This document shows, piece after piece, positions 1-9,241 of a DNA stretch of 64,000 nt; the stretch's first letter is position 1; every line of letters starts with the position of its first letter. The DNA is from Thermoplasmata archaeon (GTDB lineage: Archaea; Thermoplasmatota; E2; UBA202; JdFR-43): the NCBI GenBank assembly GCA_021162065.1, contig JAGGZK010000042.1, positions 506-64,505 of the forward strand. Direction: 5' to 3'. The position numbers and the translations under genes are program-made. The notes beneath the pieces were generated by a model. It made no database searches and was not told the origin of the DNA. It was given only the letters and a program-made list of their open reading frames with translations.

Positions 1-924
1 CCGGAGCCCTATGCTTTCGTTGCTCCAAAGACGGATATACGCTTCACAGTACATCATGCCCTCTTTGGAAATGAGTCAACGGCGGGACAGTTCATAGGAA
101 AGACAGCAGGGGCAAATGCTGCCTATGTGGTGAGAAGCGTTCTTTATCCGGCAATAATATTCGGCAATCCATACCGCAACATTACCACATCTTCCCTCAT
201 GAATTACCAGGATGGAAATCAGGCGACGGGCAACGATGGCAAGAGATACAACGCCTATACCAGCAGATACATCGAAAAGTATTTCGGTGCTTATGGAAGG
301 GATTATCGCGGCCACTGTGCATGGGATAACCTTATAGTAGATCAGGAGAGAGCATCTCTCTACTACTATAGCGGGCATGGAACGGGAGGAGGCGGCGTAA
401 GCTATCATCCCGAGTTTGCAGGCCCGGATGCATGGCGCGGCTATGCCTACTGGAACGGAAAGACAGCAAGGAGCGGCGGCTTTACATGGTACGATGTCGA
501 TCCACCAAATCAGTACAATCTTGTGCATTTCAAGTGGGCCGATTACTACTGGCATAACTTGCATAGCCAGTTTGTGGCATGGATGAGCTGTACAACCTTT
601 GCCCACTATGGGCCGGAGATATATCTTGAGCATGGTGCCGTTGCCGCCTACGGAAATGCCAATACAGGCTTATCACCACACTGGGAGATACATGATATGC
701 AGTTCTTCAAGAGATGTGTTTATGAAGGAGAACCCATAGGTATCGCCTACAGCCACATATACTGGATATTCGAGAGAGACTTTACCACCATGGACCCAAC
801 AAGCATATACGGCAGCTTTGCTCTCAATATAGACAGCGACGAAGTGATATACGGCGACCCGATGCTTTACCTATACAGTCCCATGCACTGGACAATGCCA
901 GAGCCAGTTGACTCAAATCTCTGA
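1..924 (+). CDS. C-terminal part of a secreted clan-CD/C25 (gingipain-like) cysteine peptidase family protein; the reading frame is open from position 1, so the gene begins upstream of the window
   Basis: Frame 1 has no stop from nt 1 to 924. The track ORF 127..924 is only the part after an internal GTG. It contains YYYSGHGTGGGG and WMSCTTF segments (a His-Gly then Cys arrangement) and is Gly/Tyr/Trp-rich like the full-length C25-like protein at 49096..51036. Confidence 0.4.
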   Translation, partial: PEPYAFVAPKTDIRFTVHHALFGNESTAGQFIGKTAGANAAYVVRSVLYPAIIFGNPYRNITTSSLMNYQDGNQATGNDGKRYNAYTSRYIEKYFGAYGRDYRGHCAWDNLIVDQERASLYYYSGHGTGGGGVSYHPEFAGPDAWRGYAYWNGKTARSGGFTWYDVDPPNQYNLVHFKWADYYWHNLHSQFVAWMSCTTFAHYGPEIYLEHGAVAAYGNANTGLSPHWEIHDMQFFKRCVYEGEPIGIAYSHIYWIFERDFTTMDPTSIYGSFALNIDSDEVIYGDPMLYLYSPMHWTMPEPVDSNL

Positions 925-949
925 GCAAAAACCACCCCTCTCCCCTTTT

Positions 950-1738
950 TTAATTATCTCTTCTGAATTTTTTTAATATATTTTCCGGAGCACCTGCGAT
1001 TTTCACCAGAGATTGGGCTTCCATAAAGTGCATATCTCCGGGGATAACAATGCAGTGGGGTGGGGAGCCAAAATCCTCCTTCATCAGATCCTTAATATAT
1101 CCTGCTCTTATCATGGCATCGTTGCTGGATGCCCTGGCAACCACAGCTATGAGAGTATCTGCAGAAATTATTCCCTCTCCCTTTCTCCTCTCCATTTCCA
1201 GCAGTATTTCCATTCCCTCATTGGCGGTCATGGGCTTCTCGCCTATGTCCAGCAACAGAAGCGTGTGAAGCCCGGCCTTCACATTTTCCTTTATCCTGTC
1301 GTAGGGGGAAAGAGGGAAGTAGTTTTCATAGGGCCTTGCTATGCTTACCACCCTTCCGAATTTGTAAATCTGCAATCCGAGCAATCCGGCGGAGGCGGTG
1401 ATTATGCTTATTCCATGTATTAGGCTCGTTTCTATTCCCTCCTCCATCGCTCTGAGTCGAAGTTCCACATGGGTTGTTGCCATCATGGGATCTCCTGGAA
1501 CAAGAAGACATACATCCATTTCTTTTGCCTCCTCTATAATTTTGCCTCCTTCTTCCACCTCCTCCCTGCTCAGTATTTCCACCTTTTTCCCAATCATCTC
1601 TTCCAGTTTTTTCATATCCATATCCATAACACTGGTGTAGAGTTCCATATACACCCTGTCGCATTTTCTTGCCATCTCAAGCCCTTTAAGGGTGATGTCT
1701 CTCTCGTCATGCAAACCAATTCCAACGAATGCGAGCAT
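950..1738 (-). CDS. dph5: Diphthine synthase (diphthamide biosynthesis methyltransferase)
   Basis: MLAFVGIGLHDERDITLKGLE N-terminus and tetrapyrrole-methylase-like fold motifs typical of archaeal DphB. Start set at the second Met (the track ORF starts 5 codons earlier at 1753). Confidence 0.8.
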   Translation of the reverse strand: MLAFVGIGLHDERDITLKGLEMARKCDRVYMELYTSVMDMDMKKLEEMIGKKVEILSREEVEEGGKIIEEAKEMDVCLLVPGDPMMATTHVELRLRAMEEGIETSLIHGISIITASAGLLGLQIYKFGRVVSIARPYENYFPLSPYDRIKENVKAGLHTLLLLDIGEKPMTANEGMEILLEMERRKGEGIISADTLIAVVARASSNDAMIRAGYIKDLMKEDFGSPPHCIVIPGDMHFMEAQSLVKIAGAPENILKKFRRDN

Positions 1739-1772
1739 AAATGGTATATACACACCTCATTTTTATAGGATT

Positions 1773-2762
1773 GTGAAATGTCATTGCGTTATAGTGACGA
1801 AGGAGAAAGCCGAGGAGGTGAGACGCAAACTTGTTGATGAGGATTTGCTGGTTATGGGCTTAAGAATAAAAAGAGATGAGAAAAACGTTTATTTTCCGGT
1901 TAAAAAAAAGGTGGATATGGATGGCTGTTTTTCCTCCATGGAGGATTTTGAGGAGATTGGCAAGAAAAGTTATCTCGATATCCTCAAAGCAGCTGGCATA
2001 AGGCCAGAATCTATCTCCATAGATTTCATCGGCTCCATAGCTCTCCTGAGAATGAAGGACGAGTCCGTTGCTATAAAGGTGGCGGAGGCCCTTCTGGAAA
2101 CCAACAGAAATGTGAGAACCGTATGTCTCGACGGGGGGGTGGAGGGCGACTACAGGGTGAGAAATGTGGAGGTAATAGCAGGTGAGAAAAAAACAGAGGC
2201 CATTCATAGAGAATACGGCCTGAGAATCAAACTGGACGTGGCAAAAACATACTTCTCGCCCCGCCTTGCCACAGAGCGAATAAGGGTGGCGAAGCAGGTG
2301 GCGGAGGGAAGCGTTGTTGTAGACATGTTTGCAGGAGTTGCCCCCTTTAGCCTTGTTATCGCCAAATATGCCCGGCCATCGAAAATCTATGCCATAGATG
2401 TGAATCCCTATGCTGTCAGATATGCAAGGGAGAATGTGATGCTGAATGGCATGGCAGGAATAATAGAGGTTATTGAGGGGGATGCAAAGTATGTGATAAA
2501 AAAGTTACCCCATGCCAATCACATAATAATGAATCTTCCCCATAGTAGTTTTCATTTTCTGCCGGATGCCATCGGAAAAGGGGACATAATCCACTATTAT
2601 GAGATAATGGAAAGGGGGAGGGAAAAGGAGAGAATTGATGAGATATGCGGAGTTGCCAGAGAGCATGGGTTTGAAATAGAGGTAAAAAATCTGAGAGTGG
2701 TTGGAAGTTATTCGCCCTCGAAACAGAAAATGGGAATGGAGCTATATGTGAAGCCCATCTAA
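1773..2762 (+). CDS. trm5: tRNA (guanine37-N1)-methyltransferase Trm5 / Taw2 family
   Basis: Strong similarity to M. jannaschii Trm5b: VVVDMFAGVAPFS, YAIDVNP, IIMNLP, IHYYEI. The track ORF begins at 1692 inside dph5. The alignment indicates a GTG start at 1773 (VKCHCVIVTKEKAEEVRRKL matches the Trm5 N-terminus), giving 329 aa. Confidence 0.8.
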   Translation: MKCHCVIVTKEKAEEVRRKLVDEDLLVMGLRIKRDEKNVYFPVKKKVDMDGCFSSMEDFEEIGKKSYLDILKAAGIRPESISIDFIGSIALLRMKDESVAIKVAEALLETNRNVRTVCLDGGVEGDYRVRNVEVIAGEKKTEAIHREYGLRIKLDVAKTYFSPRLATERIRVAKQVAEGSVVVDMFAGVAPFSLVIAKYARPSKIYAIDVNPYAVRYARENVMLNGMAGIIEVIEGDAKYVIKKLPHANHIIMNLPHSSFHFLPDAIGKGDIIHYYEIMERGREKERIDEICGVAREHGFEIEVKNLRVVGSYSPSKQKMGMELYVKPI

Positions 2763-3794
2763 GTTTTCCAGTGCCTCTGTAAGGAGTTTTATGCTCTCTT
2801 CCAGATCATTCATGCTTATCACCTCCACTCCGGAATGCATGTATCTTGTTGGAACACTTATCACTCCCGAAGGTATGCCCTCCCTCGTTATGTGGATCAC
2901 CGCAGCATCTGTCGTTCCTCCCTCCGAGACCTCCATCTGATATTTTATTTTCCTCTTCTTTGCCACATTTTCCAGCCATCTTACAACAGAAGGATGGGAA
3001 ATCAATCCTCTGCCCGACGCATCTGCTACTGTGATGACAGCCCCTTCATCCAGTTTTATCTGCGAATTCCTTTCCTCCACTCCGGGATGGTCGCCCGCCA
3101 CCGCCACCTCGCACACTATGGCAACATCGGGATTCAATGAGAAGGCAGATGTCCTTGCTCCCTTCAGACCAACTTCCTCCTGAACTGTGCCGACAGCATA
3201 TATGGTAGCATTTCCCCTGTATCTCTTCACTGCTTCAATCATCATGGTTATGCCCACTCTATCATCCAAGGATTTTCCAGTCACCCTGTTGTTCGCAAGC
3301 CTCCTTATATCCATATCCAGTGTTATTGGGGTGCCTACCTTTATTCCCTTCCTTTCCACCTCCTCCCTGCTTTTTGCCCCTATGTCGATGAACATGTCCT
3401 CTGCCTTTATGGCTGATTTTTTGCCATCATCCTTCATCATATGGGGTGGTTTGCTTCCTATGACTCCGTATATTTTTCCTTTTTCTCCGTGAAGAATGAC
3501 CCTGGAATTGAGAAGCGTTGGATCATACCATCCTCCGAATTTCACAAACCTTATGAATCCATTTTTGTCTATATTCTTCACCACAAGCCCTATTTCATCC
3601 ATGTGGGCCGCCAGCATCACCGAGGGCTTTTTCCCCTTTTTGATGGCAATCAGATTCCCCATGCTATCGGTGCGGAACTCGTCCACATGGTCCTCCAGTT
3701 CCTCCCTTATTATCTCCCTTATCTTCTCCTCATAACCAGACGTTCCATGAGCATTTGCAAGTTTTTTCAGAAGGGAATAGGTTGAGTGTGCCAT
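2742..3794 (-). CDS. M42 family metallo-aminopeptidase (TET / FrvX-like)
   Basis: 350 aa. The N-terminus LLKKLANAHGTSGYEEKIREII, AAHMDEIGL and the dinuclear-metal ligand pattern are typical of TET aminopeptidases. Confidence 0.8.
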   Translation of the reverse strand: MAHSTYSLLKKLANAHGTSGYEEKIREIIREELEDHVDEFRTDSMGNLIAIKKGKKPSVMLAAHMDEIGLVVKNIDKNGFIRFVKFGGWYDPTLLNSRVILHGEKGKIYGVIGSKPPHMMKDDGKKSAIKAEDMFIDIGAKSREEVERKGIKVGTPITLDMDIRRLANNRVTGKSLDDRVGITMMIEAVKRYRGNATIYAVGTVQEEVGLKGARTSAFSLNPDVAIVCEVAVAGDHPGVEERNSQIKLDEGAVITVADASGRGLISHPSVVRWLENVAKKRKIKYQMEVSEGGTTDAAVIHITREGIPSGVISVPTRYMHSGVEVISMNDLEESIKLLTEALENLDGLHI

Positions 3795-3832
3795 AAAGGA
3801 AGTAATGCGGAGATGTTAAAAAATTTGCCCCT

Positions 3833-4063
3833 TCAGCCGCCTGTCGGGGAGATAAATATTGCCACCTCATCTTCATTATTCACGGCGTTGCTTACCTTTG
3901 CCTCCCTACCATTTATGGAAAATATGAGATGCTCCCTCAGGTTTTTAACCTCTTCTCTTTCCCTCTCCAGCACCCTGAGAATATCCTCTATGGTTTTTCC
4001 TTCCATCTCTCTTTCATCGCCGAAAATTCTCCTCATTTTGCCGTAGAACCTTACTCTAACCAT
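3833..4063 (-). CDS. MoaD/ThiS-family small ubiquitin-like protein (SAMP-like) ending in Gly-Gly
   Basis: 76 aa, beta-grasp-like sequence with C-terminal ...FISPTGG diglycine. Confidence 0.6.
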   Translation of the reverse strand: MVRVRFYGKMRRIFGDEREMEGKTIEDILRVLEREREEVKNLREHLIFSINGREAKVSNAVNNEDEVAIFISPTGG

Positions 4064-4098
4064 AACAATGTTTAAATACGCTCATCTTTTAAATTTTT

Positions 4099-4329
4099 AT
4101 GAAGGCCTTCGCACTGCTCACGGCGGCGATGCTTTTTTCGCTGATATTCTCCGCAACAGCCACCACCGTATTCTATGAACCCAAAGGATATGCAAAGGTC
4201 GACGGTTACATGGATATGAATCTGTCATTTATAGCTCCATTGCCCATAAACTACACCCTTGTGCCAGTGATGGCCCCCCATGAAATTTACCTCGGAAGCA
4301 ACGAATTCTTTATCGCAACGGAAATGTGA
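4099..4329 (+). CDS. Small hypothetical secreted protein
   Basis: 76 aa with an N-terminal hydrophobic signal-like segment MKAFALLTAAMLFSLIFSATA. No recognisable domain. Confidence 0.35.
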   Translation: MKAFALLTAAMLFSLIFSATATTVFYEPKGYAKVDGYMDMNLSFIAPLPINYTLVPVMAPHEIYLGSNEFFIATEM

Positions 4330-4594
4330 TTTTCCCTCTTTTTTATTTTTGTGATGATGGAAATGATGAATTTGAATTCCCAATCAACAATGAAAAATGA
4401 ATGAATTTAGGATTCTCCATTAAAATAAGACATCATAAAATCGAAATTTGTTTTCCAAAAAATGTGAGAATGATGTTGTAAATGCATTGGAAAATGAAAA
4501 TATTGAGGGTCCTTTGAAATTCAAACCTAAGAGAAGAAAACAACACCCCCAAAAAATCGACATCGTTGGTTGAAAAATAAGATAAGGCCAGTAG

Positions 4595-4668
4595 CGGGCT
4601 CGGGGGGATTCGAACCCCCGGCCAACAGGTTAAGAGCCTGTCGCTCTACCTAGCTGAGCTACGAGCCC
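4595..4668 (-). tRNA. tRNA-Lys (anticodon CUU)
   Basis: The reverse complement folds as a canonical cloverleaf: acceptor GGGCUCG/CGAGCCC, D-arm GCUC-AGCUAGGUA-GAGC, anticodon stem ACAGG/CCUGU with loop CUCUUAA (CUU), T-arm GGGGG-UUCGAAU-CCCCC. 74 nt, CCA not encoded. Confidence 0.85.
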
Positions 4669-4698
4669 CCATGCAAAATTATATTCTAATATAAAAAT

Positions 4699-5607
4699 TT
4701 GATGATGGCATGGAAATGTTTCATGAACCCTCTCTATATTGGGAACATTTGGATGATGAATCTGCAGGATACCAAAATCAAAAAATTCTTAAACACTCCC
4801 TTTATAGTTCTTAAGATGAAGGTGACCCTGCTCCTTTTGACCATAAATCTATTCTTGGCCATAACTGGAATATTTTTGTTCAGGGAGAGCAGGGTGAAAA
4901 ATATAAGATATGTGGATTTTCCCCAGCTGATAGCCCTCGGAATTCTTTTCATAACCGTATCCATTCTTTTCCTTGTATCCGTAAAGATAGACCCCATTGT
5001 CGATGCCAGATTTGGACTGGATTTCACACGGAAGATATACAATATGGAGGGGGACATAGTGGCCCTCTTCCAGACCATCCAGAATCCGGTGCTGGATTAC
5101 TATTTCGCCTTCGTTTACATGATAGGTTTTCCTTTTCTGATATACTTTACGCCCATCCTCTACATAATATCCAAGGATGTGGATTCCCTGAAATTTGCTG
5201 TCGTTGGATATGCCATAGCCATAGCCATAGCCCTTCCCTTTCTGCTGTTTTTCCCTGTGCACGATACATGGTGGACAAGCCAGAATTATGGATGGTATGA
5301 AGGGACGGAAATTCATTTTCGCCTTGAGGAGATATGGCCCAGTGTGGTGGAAGTATTTTTTAAATTCACCACTTTGAACAACTGCTTTCCGAGCATGCAT
5401 TCCGCCCTCTCCGCCCTCATGGCATATACGGCGTGGATAAGGAATTACAGGAGATACAAGTATGTGGCTCTTGCTCTCGCAATCTCCATTCCAATAGCCA
5501 CCCTCTATCTGGGAATACACTGGCTCACGGACGTCATAGGAGGTGAGGCGGTGGCCCTCATCTCCGTGGTGCTGGCCATGAAAATAACGGGAGTAAAATG
5601 GATATAG
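4699..5607 (+). CDS. PAP2-superfamily (type 2 phosphatidic acid phosphatase-like) polytopic membrane protein
   Basis: Multiple TM helices. PSMHSA (PSGH-like) and LGIHWLTDVIGG (H...D) motifs resemble PAP2 motifs 2 and 3. TTG start in the track, so the true start is uncertain. Confidence 0.5.
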   Translation: MMMAWKCFMNPLYIGNIWMMNLQDTKIKKFLNTPFIVLKMKVTLLLLTINLFLAITGIFLFRESRVKNIRYVDFPQLIALGILFITVSILFLVSVKIDPIVDARFGLDFTRKIYNMEGDIVALFQTIQNPVLDYYFAFVYMIGFPFLIYFTPILYIISKDVDSLKFAVVGYAIAIAIALPFLLFFPVHDTWWTSQNYGWYEGTEIHFRLEEIWPSVVEVFFKFTTLNNCFPSMHSALSALMAYTAWIRNYRRYKYVALALAISIPIATLYLGIHWLTDVIGGEAVALISVVLAMKITGVKWI

Positions 5608-6737
5608 CATGGTTTACCGATACATGGCTCCCTAATCGGGATGGAGTCGTTACCTCCCTCCTTTCCTTTCGCGGGGAAATGGAGAGAAGGGGGCATAACA
5701 TATACATATTTGCACCTGGAGAAAGTGATGGCAGAGAGGGTAACGTATTTTACTATAAAAGCAGGACCTTTCCTCCCTACCCTCAGTATAAATTTCCCAC
5801 TCCCCTTTCCCTTTTCTCCAGAAGAACAGTCAGGGCGATAAAAAAAATGAATGTGGACATAATCCATTCCCATTCTCCCGGAATAACAGGACTGCATGGA
5901 AGGATTGCAGCAAATAAGGCTGGAATTCCATTATTCTTCACCTTTCACACCTTCATAGACGACTCCGTATATCTCCTTTTCCGCAACAAATCTCTGCAGA
6001 ATGCTACAAAGCAATTCATCTATCGATGGCTCAGAATTTACACCCATCCATGCAGATGCATCATAGTTCCCAGCCCATATGTGAAAAGACGCCTTGCAGA
6101 GATAATCCCAAATGCAAGATTTGAAATTGTGCCTACGGGGATAGATCTGAAAAGATTTGAAGGAGGCGACGGGAGAAAAATAAAGGAGAAATTTCCTGAT
6201 AAAAAAATAATTCTCCACGTTGGAAGGGTGGTAAGGGAGAAAAATATCGAACTCATCATAAAGGCGGCTCCCCATATACTCAAAAAAATCGATGCCGTAT
6301 TTGTCATTGTCGGAGAAGGCCCTCACAAAGACATGCTTGAAAAAATGGTGAAGGAAAAACATCTCTCCCCTCATTTCATATTCACCGGCTTTGTCGATGA
6401 CCGGGAACTGATGGATTACTATAAGGCAGCAGATGTATTCGCCTTCCCTTCCAAATATGAAACGCAGGGTCTTGTGGCCCTGGAGGCGATGGCGGCGGGC
6501 GTGCCGGTTGTGGCCGCCCGTGAGAAGGCCCTTCCGGATTTCGTAAGGGATGGAGAAAATGGATATCTTGCGGATGCAGATGATGAAATGGAGTTCGCCG
6601 AGAAAATCATGAGGGCGATGGAGGAAAGGGATGTGATGGCGAGGGCAAGGAAGTTCGTTATGGATTACAGCATAGAGCGGATGGCCGAGAAACTGGAGGA
6701 GGTGTATGAGAAATATGGAGATAAAATGCAGGATTGA
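5598..6737 (+). CDS. Glycosyltransferase family 4 (GT-B, group 1 glycosyl transferase)
   Basis: N-terminus MDIAWFTDTWLPNRDGV, and C-terminal FPSKYETQGLVALEAMAAGVPVVA (EX7E-type motif). Overlaps the PAP2 gene by 10 bp. Confidence 0.85.
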   Translation: MDIAWFTDTWLPNRDGVVTSLLSFRGEMERRGHNIYIFAPGESDGREGNVFYYKSRTFPPYPQYKFPTPLSLFSRRTVRAIKKMNVDIIHSHSPGITGLHGRIAANKAGIPLFFTFHTFIDDSVYLLFRNKSLQNATKQFIYRWLRIYTHPCRCIIVPSPYVKRRLAEIIPNARFEIVPTGIDLKRFEGGDGRKIKEKFPDKKIILHVGRVVREKNIELIIKAAPHILKKIDAVFVIVGEGPHKDMLEKMVKEKHLSPHFIFTGFVDDRELMDYYKAADVFAFPSKYETQGLVALEAMAAGVPVVAAREKALPDFVRDGENGYLADADDEMEFAEKIMRAMEERDVMARARKFVMDYSIERMAEKLEEVYEKYGDKMQD

Positions 6738-6948
6738 GGTGGAATGCGGGAGCAGGAGAGAGGCGGAGATATTGAACAGGACATTGAGGGTGGATAACGA
6801 AGGCTATATCTCAAGCAGCGTTGCCGGAAAAGTACTGGTGGCTGAGGTGGAAGAAAATAACGCCATGTCTCTTCTTCATACCATAAATGATTTCCTCTCC
6901 TGTCTGCAGCTCGCCGTGGAGGGCATGAAAAGGTTGAAGGGCATTTAA
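6715..6948 (+). CDS. pcc1: KEOPS complex subunit Pcc1-like small protein
   Basis: 77 aa. The pattern IEVECGSRREAEILNRTL...VAEVEENNAMSLLHTINDFLSCLQLAV matches archaeal Pcc1 (IELGS.E.A..I..S..PE...V.VEA.D..ALRATVNSFLRWI). Confidence 0.6.
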   Translation: MEIKCRIEVECGSRREAEILNRTLRVDNEGYISSSVAGKVLVAEVEENNAMSLLHTINDFLSCLQLAVEGMKRLKGI

Positions 6949-6984
6949 ACCGTTAATTCTTTTAATGCCTTTTCTATTATATTT

Positions 6985-8574
6985 ATGCCAAAATACATCG
7001 TGGTGACAGGAGGGGTTTTATCTGGGCTCGGCAAGGGAATAGTTACCTCATCCATAGGTTTTCTTCTGAAAAATAAGGGATATAAAATAACGGCAATAAA
7101 AATAGACCCCTATCTCAACTGCGATGCCGGCACCATGAACCCATTCCAGCATGGAGAGGTTTTCGTTCTCGATGACGGAGGAGAGGTGGATCTGGACCTT
7201 GGCAACTATGAGCGTTTCATGGACATAAATCTGGGGAGGGATAACAACATAACCACTGGCAAAGTCTACAGGAATGTCATCGAGAAGGAGAGAAGGGGCG
7301 ACTACCTCGGCAAGACGGTGCAGATTGTCCCCCACATAACCAACGAGATAAAGGACTGGATAAGGAGGGTTGCCAAGGAAAGTGGGGCCGACATATGTGT
7401 GATAGAGATAGGCGGAACCGTGGGCGATATAGAGTCGATGCCCTTTCTGGAGGCGGTGAGGCAGCTTTATCTTGAGGAGGGGAGCGACAACGTTGTTTTT
7501 GTCCACACAACCCTCGTGCCGATACTGAAGGTGGTGGGGGAGCAGAAGACGAAGCCGACCCAGCATAGTGTGAAGGAACTGAGAGCCATAGGTATTTCCC
7601 CCGACATAATAGTGGCCCGCTCTCCCGTGCCCTTAGACAAATCCACAAGAGAGAAGATATCCCTCTTCTGTAATGTTCCTTCCGATGCGGTCATTTCCTC
7701 GCCGGATGTGGAATGCATCTATGAGGTGCCACTCATGCTTCAGGAGCAGGGGATAACAAAGCACATCCTTTCAAAACTCTCCCTTCCGTATAGGGAGGCA
7801 AAACTTGAGGAATGGAAGAAGTTTGTTGAAAAGGTTAAGAACGGGAGAAACAGGGTGAGAATAGCCATGGTGGGGAAATACACCGCCCTGGGAGATTCAT
7901 ATATAAGCATACTGGAAGCATTTCGCCATGCGGCGGCGGAAGTGGATGCAAAGGTGGAGGTGGTGTGGATAGAGGCAGAGGAGATAGAGGAGGGGAAGAA
8001 AATTGAGGATGTGGACGGAATACTGGTGCCGGGAGGTTTTGGAGAAAGGGGTGCAGAGGGCAAGATAAGGGCAATAGAGTTTGCCAGAGAGAACAAAATT
8101 CCCTTCCTCGGCATATGCTTTGGCTTTCAGCTTGCGGTGGTGGAATATGGCAGGAACGTGCTTGGTCTGGAGTGCCACTCCACGGAGATAAAGCCGAATG
8201 TAAAGCATCCCATCATCACCATCCTTCCCGAACAGTATGGAGTGGAGCAACTGGGCGGCACCATGCGTCTCGGCTCGCAGCCAATCACCATAAAGGAAGG
8301 GACACTTGCCCATTCCCTTTACGGAAAGAAAAAGATATATGAAAGGCATCGCCATCGCTATGAGGTGAACCCTGAGTATATAGATGAACTGGAGGGCAAA
8401 GGTCTAATTTTCTCGGGTATTGCGGAGGACAGGATAAGGATGGAGATTCTGGAGTTGCCAGAGCATCCATATTTCATAGCCTCCCAGTTTCATCCGGAGT
8501 TCAAATCCCGTCCTCTTAAACCAGCACCGCTCTTTTATGGATTCATAAAAGCAAGTGTGGAGAATAAGAGATAA
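6985..8574 (+). CDS. pyrG: CTP synthase
   Basis: [19 protein letters not shown]...[13 protein letters not shown] and a C-terminal class I glutamine amidotransferase domain (GICFGFQ, HPEF). Confidence 0.95.
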   Translation: MPKYIVVTGGVLSGLGKGIVTSSIGFLLKNKGYKITAIKIDPYLNCDAGTMNPFQHGEVFVLDDGGEVDLDLGNYERFMDINLGRDNNITTGKVYRNVIEKERRGDYLGKTVQIVPHITNEIKDWIRRVAKESGADICVIEIGGTVGDIESMPFLEAVRQLYLEEGSDNVVFVHTTLVPILKVVGEQKTKPTQHSVKELRAIGISPDIIVARSPVPLDKSTREKISLFCNVPSDAVISSPDVECIYEVPLMLQEQGITKHILSKLSLPYREAKLEEWKKFVEKVKNGRNRVRIAMVGKYTALGDSYISILEAFRHAAAEVDAKVEVVWIEAEEIEEGKKIEDVDGILVPGGFGERGAEGKIRAIEFARENKIPFLGICFGFQLAVVEYGRNVLGLECHSTEIKPNVKHPIITILPEQYGVEQLGGTMRLGSQPITIKEGTLAHSLYGKKKIYERHRHRYEVNPEYIDELEGKGLIFSGIAEDRIRMEILELPEHPYFIASQFHPEFKSRPLKPAPLFYGFIKASVENKR

Positions 8575-8575
8575 A

Positions 8576-9241
8576 ATGGCATACAGACTGGTGGCCTTTG
8601 ACATGGATGGCACTCTTCTGAAGGAAAGAACCATATTCCGTTTGGCGGAGGAGCGGGGTTTTGTTAACAAATTGAGGGAGATAATAGATGGGAAAAAATT
8701 CGGTTATGAGAAGACGATTGAAATCGCAAAATTTTTGAGGGGAATGGAAGTGGGGGAACTGCTGAAAATCTTCAGGGGGATACCTTTAAGGGAGAATGCC
8801 GATGAAGTGGTTAAGGAACTTAAGAAAAGAGATGTGATAACCGCTATAATAAGCAACAGTTATGACCTCGTTGTTAATGACCTCAAAAAAAGGTTGGGCA
8901 TGGATTATGCCTTTGCCAATACACTTGTGGTGGAAGATGGATTCATAACGGGGGAGGTGATTCCCCACAACAGAAATCTTGAGAAAAAATTCCCGGAATG
9001 CAGAATCCACTCCATATGCAAGAGAGATGTTTTCCTTTCCCTTTGCAGGGACATGGGTATTGACGCAAGAAATGCCATGGCTGTTGGGGATGGAGAGGTG
9101 GATATATGTATGCTCAGGGCAGCAGGGCTGGGGGTGGCGATAGGCGAAAATGAAAGGGTAAAAAGGGAGGCGAATGTTGTCATAGAAAATCTTATGGAAA
9201 TATTAAAATATGTGGATGGGGGTGAGGAGCATGGACATTAA
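8576..9241 (+). CDS. HAD-IB phosphoserine phosphatase (SerB)-like hydrolase
   Basis: FDMDGTLL motif I. LGMDYAFANTLVVEDGFITGEV and AVGDGEVDICMLRAAGLGVAIG closely parallel the M. jannaschii PSP (MJ1594). Start at the second Met. Confidence 0.75.
   Translation: MAYRLVAFDMDGTLLKERTIFRLAEERGFVNKLREIIDGKKFGYEKTIEIAKFLRGMEVGELLKIFRGIPLRENADEVVKELKKRDVITAIISNSYDLVVNDLKKRLGMDYAFANTLVVEDGFITGEVIPHNRNLEKKFPECRIHSICKRDVFLSLCRDMGIDARNAMAVGDGEVDICMLRAAGLGVAIGENERVKREANVVIENLMEILKYVDGGEEHGH

Noticed and set aside
1692-1772. Upstream extension of the trm5 ORF into dph5
   Set aside because: Alignment with M. jannaschii Trm5b places the N-terminus at the in-frame GTG at 1773. The extension would overlap 62 bp of the divergent dph5 coding sequence.
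4346-4372. Possible C/D-box sRNA: GTGATGA and ATGATGA (C/C'-box-like RUGAUGA) within the AT-rich spacer
   Set aside because: No CTGA D/D' boxes at the required spacing and no terminal stem. It is most likely a chance occurrence in AT-rich DNA.
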